Shown piece after piece: positions 8,003 to 16,194 of a stretch of 58,680 bases of DNA. The position numbers were made by a program, and so were the translations under genes. The notes below the pieces were generated by a model, which did no database searches, had not been told where the DNA came from, and was given only the letters and a program-made list of their open reading frames with translations. Positions within the stretch are counted from its first letter, which is position 1. Every line of letters starts with the position of its first letter. Source of the stretch: a bacterium (GTDB lineage: Bacteria > 4484-113 > JAGGVC01); NCBI GenBank assembly GCA_021158185.1, contig JAGGVC010000034.1, forward strand, positions 1 to 58,680. The letters run 5' to 3'.

Positions 8003-9897
8003 TCGCCCTCCGGGGCCGGAACTTCCGGCTCGATTTCAGGCTCTGGTACCTCAGCCGTCCAGCTGTCGATCTTCAGCCCTGCTTCAGCGATGAACCGACT
8101 CGGGCTGTGTGGCTTGGCGTTCGGGTACGGGTTCTCGGTGTGGTAGCTCAGGTGAAACTGATCACGCGCCCGCGTCATCGCTACGTAGGCCAGCCGCCGT
8201 TCTTCCTCAAGCCTGCCCTCGGCGAGCGCCAAGTTATTCGGCCAGCGCCCCTCTCGGAAATTCGGCAAGAACACGACCGGCCACTCCAGACCCTTTGCGG
8301 CATGCGCCGTCCCGAGCCGCACGGCATTAACCTGCTCTAAATCTTCATCGGTTGCCGTCCCGAGCGCGCATCGCTCCAGGAAAGCCTCTGGATCATTCAG
8401 TTCCGGATTCGCTTCCAGCTGCAGCATCGCCCATTGCGTGAACGCCATCGCTGCTGCATGCGGATGCCCAGGAGCCGTGAGTTTCCGCCATACTGGTGTC
8501 TGCTCGAACACCGTGAATACACCGGCTGTGCTCGACTGCTGAGCCACCACGTCGATACTCTCGACGATCTCCGGCCAGAGCGATTTCTCTCGTGCGTATT
8601 CCTTCAGGCACTTACCCTCGGTGAGTGCGGTCTTGAGATGCTGGCTGGTATCCGATTTCTCCCGCATTCCGTACACGCTAAACAGCAGTAGTTTGAACGA
8701 TTCGTCGTCGCAGAAATTGATCACAAGCCGCATCAAAGAAATGAATGCTCGCACGGATGTCGATTTCAGGAACGCCGGCTTGACCAGCAGCAGCGTCGGG
8801 ATACCCACCGAGCGCGCAGCCTGCTCGTAGAGCAGGAGATCCCTGTTCTGCCTGAATAGCACCGCGCAATCCCGCCAGTCGTACTGATCTTTATCGATGA
8901 AATCCTGCTCGATCCTGCGGAATACATCGCTGGCCTCGGTTTCGTAATCCGGATAACGCCGGCAGCTGGTGCTTGGTCTGAAATGCACCGGCTGCTCGCG
9001 ATGCGCGCGCACGGTTTTCCTGATCTGGTATTTGTTGTAGGCAATGAGTTCGCTGCTCCGCCGGATGATCTCGGGGACGCTTCTAAAGTTCGTTTCGAGC
9101 GCCGTCACATCGGTATCGTCGGGGGCCGAGTCCCCGAATCTCAGGAACTGATCGACATCGGCATCGCGCCAGCCGTAGATGCTCTGGCAGTCGTCCCCGA
9201 CCACCGTCAGCCCCCTCAGGTCCGAGTTCTCGCCGAAATACATAATCAGCCGCCATTGGCGCTTCGATGTATCCTGGCCCTCGTCGAGCAGCACGGCTTT
9301 GAATCCGGCGATCCATTGCTGAACCGGCGCGTGATTCCCGATAAGCTGCAACGTCAACACCTCAAGGCCGTCGTAATCGACAGCACGGTTTCTCCGGAGC
9401 GTATCCTGGTAGTCGTCGATTGCCGCCCTCAGGCCAGGATCGACCGGTTGGCTCATCCAAGCAAGGCATTCCTGAGCGATCTTCAGTGCCTTCCGGAGCG
9501 CTGATTTGCTCTTTATGGTTTTCTTGCAGTACCGCAGTATGGATCTCGTCAGAAGGTATTCGCGGTCGTAATCGTCGTAGATCGTGAAAGCCGGATAGCC
9601 GATCAGATGGCCAAACCGCCGTAGCAGCTCGGCACAGAACCCGTGGATCGTCCCGAGCCTGACGAGGTTGCCGTCCTTGGCGCCGCACTGCGCTACGATC
9701 CTGTCACGAAGTTCGAGCGCCGCCCGACGTGTGAACGTGATCGCCAGCACTGATTGCGCCGCAACCCCGTCGTTGATGTATTTCGCAACCCGCGCCGTGA
9801 GCGTACGGGTTTTGCCGCTGCCGGCAGCCGCCACGATCTTGAGATATCGACTGTCGGATTCGACCGCCGCAAGCTGCTCCCGTGTTAATTCAGGCAT
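7999..9897 (-). CDS. UvrD/Rep/PcrA-family helicase
   Basis: AAAGSGKT, ITFTRRAA, LDEGQD, VGDDCQSIYGWR, TAHAAKGLEW, EERRLAYVAMTRAR. Confidence 0.95.
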   Translation of the reverse strand: MPELTREQLAAVESDSRYLKIVAAAGSGKTRTLTARVAKYINDGVAAQSVLAITFTRRAALELRDRIVAQCGAKDGNLVRLGTIHGFCAELLRRFGHLIGYPAFTIYDDYDREYLLTRSILRYCKKTIKSKSALRKALKIAQECLAWMSQPVDPGLRAAIDDYQDTLRRNRAVDYDGLEVLTLQLIGNHAPVQQWIAGFKAVLLDEGQDTSKRQWRLIMYFGENSDLRGLTVVGDDCQSIYGWRDADVDQFLRFGDSAPDDTDVTALETNFRSVPEIIRRSSELIAYNKYQIRKTVRAHREQPVHFRPSTSCRRYPDYETEASDVFRRIEQDFIDKDQYDWRDCAVLFRQNRDLLLYEQAARSVGIPTLLLVKPAFLKSTSVRAFISLMRLVINFCDDESFKLLLFSVYGMREKSDTSQHLKTALTEGKCLKEYAREKSLWPEIVESIDVVAQQSSTAGVFTVFEQTPVWRKLTAPGHPHAAAMAFTQWAMLQLEANPELNDPEAFLERCALGTATDEDLEQVNAVRLGTAHAAKGLEWPVVFLPNFREGRWPNNLALAEGRLEEERRLAYVAMTRARDQFHLSYHTENPYPNAKPHSPSRFIAEAGLKIDSWTAEVPEPEIEPEVPAPEGE

Positions 9898-10556
9898 CGC
9901 TCACCTTCCCGCTCTGGCACTATGGATTCTGCGTTATCGCGGAACTCCGGATAGCGGAATACCAGGCCGGCCAGTTCGAATAGTGAGTGTTCGCTCCGGA
10001 CCGGAACGGTTTCGACGATGTCGCAAGCAAGTAGTTCGGAGGATTTCTTTTCGCCGGCGTGTGGAAAAACCCGCACGAGCCGGCCCTGGTGGGCCCTTAG
10101 ATCGGTCTTGCGCAGCAGATGCGTGACGAAACCCCGGCTGAAACCGGCGGAGCCCGTCCGAATCATCAGGATCAGGCCCCAGTTCTCGTGATCAGCAGTG
10201 AAGATCTCGAACTTGAACGAATCATCCGGAAGCGACACACCGCGGTAGATCTCGCCCCATCGGCGACTCTCGCGGCCGTTCTTATCCAGGTAGCGCGCTT
10301 TCATGAGATCGCCTTGTTCTATCAGATTATCGAGCCTGCGCCACAACAGGTTTATCTTGATTGGCTCGGGCGCACCAAACAACCCGCGGGGAACTTTCTC
10401 GTGGTCGAAATACGGGATCGCCACGATCTCTGCGTCCCCGACCGTGGATCGTTTCCGCCGAATACTGCCGGCGATCTCGTATTTCTCGCAAGCGTCACAG
10501 ATCATCGAGAGCAAGCGGTGCGCCTTCATGAGCGCTTCATTGCGTGCTAAGCGCAT
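9885..10556 (-). CDS. Minimal PolX / DNA polymerase beta-like nucleotidyltransferase
   Basis: IAGSIRR...GDAEIV, RTGS, thumb SEHSLFELAGL..YPEFRD. Confidence 0.8.
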   Translation of the reverse strand: MRLARNEALMKAHRLLSMICDACEKYEIAGSIRRKRSTVGDAEIVAIPYFDHEKVPRGLFGAPEPIKINLLWRRLDNLIEQGDLMKARYLDKNGRESRRWGEIYRGVSLPDDSFKFEIFTADHENWGLILMIRTGSAGFSRGFVTHLLRKTDLRAHQGRLVRVFPHAGEKKSSELLACDIVETVPVRSEHSLFELAGLVFRYPEFRDNAESIVPEREGERCLN

Positions 10557-10558
10557 CG

Positions 10559-12676
10559 CTATGCCCCCTTGGCGTGCTTGCGACGCGCCTCGCGGTTCGG
10601 ACGGTATTCACCGTCGGGCTTCGGCGGCTCATACTTCGCCTGCTCGGCCTTGTAGCTGTCGTCGAAAGCCTTCAGGTGAATCAGATTCCACTTGGTGTTG
10701 AGTTCCGGTTCGCCGATCGCACCCGCGCCGACCACAAGATCGAGATCGCCCTGGGCGGTCAGCCGCGCGAGGCCATTCAGCAACTCCAGGCGGTTTCCGT
10801 GATCGAGCGCTTCGAGCCGATCCAGTAGTAGTATTCGCATCCTGTCGGATGCCAGCCCCGCTGTCGTGATCGCAAGCGCCGTCAAGAGAGTGATCTGTTG
10901 GCTGTCGGAGCAGCTGACGAAATCGATCCGCTGCTCATCCCTGACAAGCCCAAGATCGCAGACCTCTGCACCGCGCTCATCTTCGAGCTCGATGTATCCG
11001 CTGAACTGCGGATTGAGGCTCGATATTATGTTGCTGAACGACTCGGTGAGCGGTTCGATCTGCCGGCGCAGATAAATCCCCTGTATCCCGTCCGCCCCGA
11101 CCGCCCAGGCGACCGCACGGGAGTGTTTCAAGTCGCGCCGTACATCGCCGAGGTCGACTTCGTTTTCCTGGGCGTTGATCAGCGATTGCTGCTCGCGTTC
11201 GAGCGTCCCGATTTCCTCGTTGAGCTTTTCGATCTGTTCCGCTGTTTGCGCAGCCAGCCCCTTGAGGTTTTCGACATCGGGGATCTTGAGCTCGTTAAGT
11301 TCGGCTTCGGCTTCAAGCCGCTCTGCTTTCGCCGCCTCTCGTGCATCCTGGATGATCTGCAGATCCTTCTTGTGATTGCGCTCTCTGTCGTAGGCAGCCC
11401 TCATATTGATTTCAACCTGAAGCATCTCCTGATTCTGCTCGCGGAACTTGTGCCGGACAGTATCGATATCGCTGGCCTCGCGCTCAAGGCTTGTGATTTC
11501 AGCCTTGAGCTCGCCAATGTCCATGCGGTAAACCTGGCCGCACGTCGGGCATTTTCCCGCCTTCGCTATCTCGAATCTGTCTTGCATCATCCGAAGGTTC
11601 GCGTGTCGCTCCGCCGAAAGGTTATCGAATTGCGCTTGCTTGTGCCGGAAATCATCCTTCCAGGTCTCGTGATTCGATTCAGGCAACCGCTCGGCGATGA
11701 GCTGATCAAGTTCGCCCGATAGTTCGTCGCCCGACTTGCCCTGCGGCGGTTCAGGATCCGGTACCTGTTCCTTCTGCTGGAGCGATTCGATGCGCTCCTT
11801 GAGCTTCTGGAATCTGATCCTGATCTGTCGCGCCGCCCCGAGCGCCTTGTCATAGGCACTCTTTCGGGGAAGCGCTTCATCTCGTTCCACCTTCTTCGCC
11901 GGTAGGCTGCCAAAGATCTCGGCGAGCCGGGTTTTCCGGCGCTCGATCTCGGTTCGATCCGCACCTTCGAGATCGCGCTCACGCTGCGTGAGTTCGCTCA
12001 CCCGGAATTTCGCGGCATCGACCATCCGGCTGCGGGCCGCTTCAAACGGCATCCCGTCCGCCCAGACGCTGAGCACATACTCGATATCGAGATCGCCCGC
12101 TGGTGCTTCGCCGAGCCGCTTGAGCGCAAGCATCGTAATGTCTGTACTGGCGTCGTCCCGTGTGATATCAAGCTCCGGCAGTACCGATGTCAGGCTCTGG
12201 CGGCGTTCGCGTGTGCTCAGATCGATAAATGCATTGATCCGGAGCAATTCTATCGCCGGACTAAGAAGCCGTTCGATCTGCTTAAGCTTCTGGGTCGCCG
12301 TTGTGGCTCCGTCATCGGGATACACGTCGGTGCCGCGGCTGTCGAACGACACATGGATCTTGCCTGTTTTCTTGTCGCGCTTTCGCCGCAGCATCACCTG
12401 GGCGAACCCACCCTCGAATGTCAACCGTACGGTGCAGCTATTGTGGCCGCGCCGGATGAACTCTGCCAGATGATCGTTACCCCGCAGACCTGCGGCACGC
12501 TCGCGAGCCCCCGACAGATCAGCCGTCAGAAGAAATTCAAGCGCTTCCAGTACAGCCGATTTGCCAAGACCGTTGTTTCCGCGGAGAAGCACGAGGCCGC
12601 CCGCTAGATCGACTTGAAAATTCTCGTAGCATTTGAAATTCGTGAGTATCAGTTTTAGGAGTTTCCGCGTTTTCAC
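10559..12676 (-). CDS. SbcC/Rad50-like SMC ATPase
   Basis: LTNFKCY, Walker A GNNGLGKS, coiled coils with CPTCG zinc hook, LLLDRLEALD Walker B/D-loop. Confidence 0.88.
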   Translation of the reverse strand: MKTRKLLKLILTNFKCYENFQVDLAGGLVLLRGNNGLGKSAVLEALEFLLTADLSGARERAAGLRGNDHLAEFIRRGHNSCTVRLTFEGGFAQVMLRRKRDKKTGKIHVSFDSRGTDVYPDDGATTATQKLKQIERLLSPAIELLRINAFIDLSTRERRQSLTSVLPELDITRDDASTDITMLALKRLGEAPAGDLDIEYVLSVWADGMPFEAARSRMVDAAKFRVSELTQRERDLEGADRTEIERRKTRLAEIFGSLPAKKVERDEALPRKSAYDKALGAARQIRIRFQKLKERIESLQQKEQVPDPEPPQGKSGDELSGELDQLIAERLPESNHETWKDDFRHKQAQFDNLSAERHANLRMMQDRFEIAKAGKCPTCGQVYRMDIGELKAEITSLEREASDIDTVRHKFREQNQEMLQVEINMRAAYDRERNHKKDLQIIQDAREAAKAERLEAEAELNELKIPDVENLKGLAAQTAEQIEKLNEEIGTLEREQQSLINAQENEVDLGDVRRDLKHSRAVAWAVGADGIQGIYLRRQIEPLTESFSNIISSLNPQFSGYIELEDERGAEVCDLGLVRDEQRIDFVSCSDSQQITLLTALAITTAGLASDRMRILLLDRLEALDHGNRLELLNGLARLTAQGDLDLVVGAGAIGEPELNTKWNLIHLKAFDDSYKAEQAKYEPPKPDGEYRPNREARRKHAKGA

Positions 12677-13980
12677 TCCGCATCACCTCCCGCCTCTTTT
12701 TCTGCGGCCAACTCTTCGGCGATCTTGAAGTAGCCGAGCTGTTTGCCCATCAGGGTGAGTTTGGCCTGACGGTCTCTTTCGGTTGTGCCGTAGGCAGCCC
12801 TGTAGTGCTTCTCGAAATCAGCCTTGGTCAGATGCCCTTCTGGTGCGGGGAAATCCAACTCGAATTCACCGGCAGCCAGATCGTAATCGTGCGGCGATTC
12901 ATTGCAGGCCCGCCGGCAGTATTCCCTCACATCCTTGGCGCGCTTGTCGTAGGCGATCTCGTATTCAGGCTTGGCAGCGGTTTCTGCTGCGTCGCTGAAC
13001 TCGCCATCCTCGGCTTCAGGTGTGGTGTCGGGCGTATGTTCGTCAGCGAAATCGTCCTTGATAACAACCGTCTCGCGCTCAATCTCGCCCTTGATAGCTT
13101 GGTTGATTTTGCTGATGAAGCCGTCGATGATCTTGTCACTGCCGCTGGCGAATGCTTTCCCGAGCTCGTTCACAAGCGTCCGGAGAAGCGCCGGCATCCG
13201 ATACACTGTGAGTTCGTAGACGGCGATGAAGCCCTCTTTCTCGGATCGAACATCGACTGGTGTTGCCTGGCCGCCAAGTGCGAAGTCGCAAACACGGCGG
13301 TAGCACTTGCTGGCGTGATTATGCATTAGATGTTTCTCAAAGTCCCCGACCGCCTTCTCGATATCACCGAACTCGGAATGAGACGTGTCAAGCACAGCGA
13401 ACTTACCGCTCGATAGCGGATACACGACGGGGAATGGCTTCGTCGATCGCTCGCGTATTCTCTCTTTCGCGGCTTCGAGATCGACCGGATCGGCGATGTA
13501 CCCGAGCTCCGTTTTGAGTTTCCCGCCTTGGAACAGTACACCGCGGATCTTCTCGCTTCTCCGCGCCGCAATATCGAAATGCAGCGGATACTGACGGATG
13601 TCGAGCCCGCCGAGCTGGTTCATTCCGATAGCGATCATTTGAAAGTGGAGTGTTGTTACGTTGCCTGCCTCGTCTCGTTTGGCGTACGGCGTCCGATGTT
13701 CCTCTCCGTCGACGATCACCGTCGGAAGCTCCGCCACGTGGATGCCGCTTTCTTCTATGAGCTTCCGGCTGCCGCGCCCGAAATGCGCCCACGGTGAACC
13801 CTTGATACTGTAGATCTCGCCCTTGCCTTCGTAGAGCTCGACCGTTACCTGTTCCGGCTTAAGCGCCGCCAGAACAGCATCCAGATTTTGCAGTGCGCCG
13901 CCCGCCGGCAGCACCGCCCCACCGGGTTCTTCCCGCTGGGCAATTTCAGTACCTTGATTTTCAACCTCACTCTCGTTCAT
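12673..13980 (-). CDS. Hypothetical phage protein (possible single-strand annealing/recombination protein)
   Basis: 435 aa, RBS AGGAG, acidic linker; function suggested only by position before the SbcC-like gene. Confidence 0.6.
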   Translation of the reverse strand: MNESEVENQGTEIAQREEPGGAVLPAGGALQNLDAVLAALKPEQVTVELYEGKGEIYSIKGSPWAHFGRGSRKLIEESGIHVAELPTVIVDGEEHRTPYAKRDEAGNVTTLHFQMIAIGMNQLGGLDIRQYPLHFDIAARRSEKIRGVLFQGGKLKTELGYIADPVDLEAAKERIRERSTKPFPVVYPLSSGKFAVLDTSHSEFGDIEKAVGDFEKHLMHNHASKCYRRVCDFALGGQATPVDVRSEKEGFIAVYELTVYRMPALLRTLVNELGKAFASGSDKIIDGFISKINQAIKGEIERETVVIKDDFADEHTPDTTPEAEDGEFSDAAETAAKPEYEIAYDKRAKDVREYCRRACNESPHDYDLAAGEFELDFPAPEGHLTKADFEKHYRAAYGTTERDRQAKLTLMGKQLGYFKIAEELAAEKEAGGDAE

Positions 13981-14011
13981 CTTCTTCTCCTTAATGAATT
14001 GAAAATATCCC

Positions 14012-14326
14012 CTACTCAACAGGACGCCCCGCCCCGGGAATCGCACAGCCCGGGGCAGAGCAGGCATTAAGGAGGGGGTTTCCGAACATCCCGAAACCGC
14101 CCGCAGGCGTTCCGGGTATGTCGTCTTGATTTAGTCGATCAAGCCTGCATAGCTTGATCCACCCCTGGATTCGGCCAAGCAACTCGTCTGTTTCCTGCCG
14201 TTTGGCCGCAAGCCTTGTTCGAAGCCGCACAGCGCGCTTTACGGTATTTCTGGCAACTTCCTTGACCGTATAACGTTTGACTCTGCGGCGCGGCTGCTGG
14301 CCGTTTCTCCAGGCGTTGACTGACAT
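14012..14326 (-). CDS. Hypothetical basic protein
   Basis: 104 aa, start overlaps the upstream stop; 3' part is hairpin-rich. Confidence 0.45.
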   Translation of the reverse strand: MSVNAWRNGQQPRRRVKRYTVKEVARNTVKRAVRLRTRLAAKRQETDELLGRIQGWIKLCRLDRLNQDDIPGTPAGGFGMFGNPLLNACSAPGCAIPGAGRPVE

Positions 14327-14655
14327 TACGCAGCCACCTCAGCCTTGGGATGGCCGGGCGGATACTTCGCCGGCTGATCCATCACGGGCTTATCCCGCTG
14401 TACTTCCACCGGCTGATCGATGTGGTTCCGGCCCGCAGGCGTGATGCATATTCCGTCCGCTGTCTCGCGGGCGAAATCCAGCAGAACCAACAGGTTCAGC
14501 GCAAGCCTAATCCACTCGTAGGAACCGCGGGGCTGCAAATCGTCCCTGAGATCTTCGCCATCAACGTAATCGGTTTCATCCCAGAGATATTTCAACACGG
14601 CCTCGACCTGGGGATCAAGCGCAATTCGTTCATTTGGTTTTCCCATCACAAACAC
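14326..14655 (-). CDS. Winged-helix-like protein
   Basis: IRLALNLLVLLDFARE..GICITPAGR resembles the wHTH wing; RBS GAGGAG. Confidence 0.5.
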   Translation of the reverse strand: MFVMGKPNERIALDPQVEAVLKYLWDETDYVDGEDLRDDLQPRGSYEWIRLALNLLVLLDFARETADGICITPAGRNHIDQPVEVQRDKPVMDQPAKYPPGHPKAEVAA

Positions 14656-14661
14656 CTCTCC

Positions 14662-14898
14662 TCAATTTTTTTTTGGCTCTAATGGGTCACACTCCGCGAA
14701 CCAGGCGTCGATTTCCTCCCAGACTCTGAGCGCCCTTGCGAGCTCGTCCAATGCGGGACGGCGGCATTGCCGCTGAAACTCCCGCTCAGCTGCGAGCTCG
14801 ATGGGATACACTGCGGCCTGGCCGGGGATAGCAACCGGGGATTCACAGGCCGCAGCGCCATCTGGGGTTGGAGGATATTGATGCCTAAGTGATTGCAT
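14662..14898 (-). CDS. Hypothetical phage protein
   Basis: 78-aa ORF in operon. Confidence 0.4.
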   Translation of the reverse strand: MQSLRHQYPPTPDGAAACESPVAIPGQAAVYPIELAAEREFQRQCRRPALDELARALRVWEEIDAWFAECDPLEPKKN

Positions 14899-14900
14899 TT

Positions 14901-15185
14901 TCAGGCCCTGCGCACGGTGTACGCCTGAGGCTCGCCGGCGTACTTCTTGACCTGTTCGAGGGACAATTCCTTGCCCCTCAGCTCCGCCGGAATATCCAGC
15001 GGAACCTCAATTACCCTCGCGGCGTGCACCGCGAGTCTCAGCGGAAGAACGCCGTAAACGTCCTTCCCCATTATGAAATCCACCGTGGCATGTGCCACGA
15101 TAGGCGTGCCTTCCGGCACCAGCCCCAACTCGATCAAGTATTGAACGAGCGCCGGGTGACGCGTCACAACAATGCTCTCTCTCAT
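14901..15185 (-). CDS. Csx16 (Cas_VVA1548)-like protein, putative ring nuclease
   Basis: IVVTRHPALVQYL...AH...VYGVLPLRLA...PLDIPAELRGKELSLEQV matches the Csx16 pattern (SRHPGA...GTLP..LA...L..P...RG.EL); RBS GAGGAG. Confidence 0.78.
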   Translation of the reverse strand: MRESIVVTRHPALVQYLIELGLVPEGTPIVAHATVDFIMGKDVYGVLPLRLAVHAARVIEVPLDIPAELRGKELSLEQVKKYAGEPQAYTVRRA

Positions 15186-15205
15186 ATTCTTCTCCTCGGC
15201 CCCGG

Positions 15206-16171
15206 CTATATGCCGGATGGCCTTTTATTCAGAAGCTTCCAGAGTTCACTCCGGTGCGCTTCCGCTTCGCGGCGCGCCTTCTCGACTCGTTCGCGAAGAT
15301 CCGGGGGGATATACCCCGGCGTGTCGGGGGGTTCCACAGCAGATACGGAAAATGCCTGCGTAAAAACGCAGGCATGCTCCTCTATCTGTTCAGGGGTCAG
15401 TGTGACCCCTGAACGCAGCTCCTCGGGCAAATCGAGCGTGAACTCGATGACCCGCCGTGCATGCACAGCGATATGCGGGGGAATGTTTCTCCGTATGGTA
15501 TACACGGTCTTCCCCTCTATATTTTCAGCCGTGGCATTTTCCACGACTGGCGTTCCGACGGGAACGAGGCCCCGTCCTTCCAAATACGTCACGAACGCCG
15601 GATGGCGCGTGACAACGATGACGTTCCCATTTGCCATAGGAGTTTTGGCGTTCTCAAATTCTGTAACTGTAACAGAGTACGCCTTGAGCTCACCGCTCGC
15701 GTACTCTTCCACCTGTTCAAGGGTCAGCTCGACCTCCGAACTTTGAAGCTCCTCGGGCAAATCGAGCGCGAGCTCGATTAACTCTTCCGAACACGCTGCT
15801 AAGTCTAGAGAGAGGTACCCACGCGTTGTGTAGACTCTTTTTCGGTCGCCGAATGGCGTGCCCGTTATATCCCGCCTGTTACGGGCGCGCTTTAACCACG
15901 TCACACGCCGTGCGCCGCCAAATGCGTGGATTCTTGCGAAATATCGCGCCACTGCGAGGTGGCGCGAAATAACAAGATCTGCCGGCGGATAATCTTCCAC
16001 CAGGCGAACGATCGGGCTCGACTCCCCCTCCTCGTCGAGGGAATAATTTGCGTGTGAAATGTACGTGCGGTAGCCATGCTCTATTTCAATGGGGCCGTAC
16101 CGGCGACTCTTGAGGTCCCTGATTTTCTCAAGCCTAGCCTCATTCCAGGCTTGAAACTCCTTCTCATTCAT
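15206..16171 (-). CDS. Tandem two-domain Csx16-like protein
   Basis: Two ~110-aa repeats (LVISRH...LDLPEELQSSEVELTLEQV and IVVTRHP...LDLPEELRSGVTLTPEQI), each homologous to 14901-15185; start ATG 16171. Confidence 0.7.
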   Translation of the reverse strand: MNEKEFQAWNEARLEKIRDLKSRRYGPIEIEHGYRTYISHANYSLDEEGESSPIVRLVEDYPPADLVISRHLAVARYFARIHAFGGARRVTWLKRARNRRDITGTPFGDRKRVYTTRGYLSLDLAACSEELIELALDLPEELQSSEVELTLEQVEEYASGELKAYSVTVTEFENAKTPMANGNVIVVTRHPAFVTYLEGRGLVPVGTPVVENATAENIEGKTVYTIRRNIPPHIAVHARRVIEFTLDLPEELRSGVTLTPEQIEEHACVFTQAFSVSAVEPPDTPGYIPPDLRERVEKARREAEAHRSELWKLLNKRPSGI

Positions 16172-16194
16172 AATCCTAGCTCCCTTGCCCTGCA

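Noticed and set aside
7999-12676. Gabija/Lamassu/Wadjet-type defence system (ATPase plus UvrD)
   Set aside because: The ATPase has a Rad50 zinc hook and no TOPRIM domain, there is no effector or kleisin, and the genes sit inside the phage early operon
14889-15746. 285-aa plus-strand ORF and other long antisense ORFs (e.g. 10898-11722, 27593-28405, 50171-50953)
   Set aside because: Shadow frames of well-supported opposite-strand genes in GC-rich DNA; no motifs
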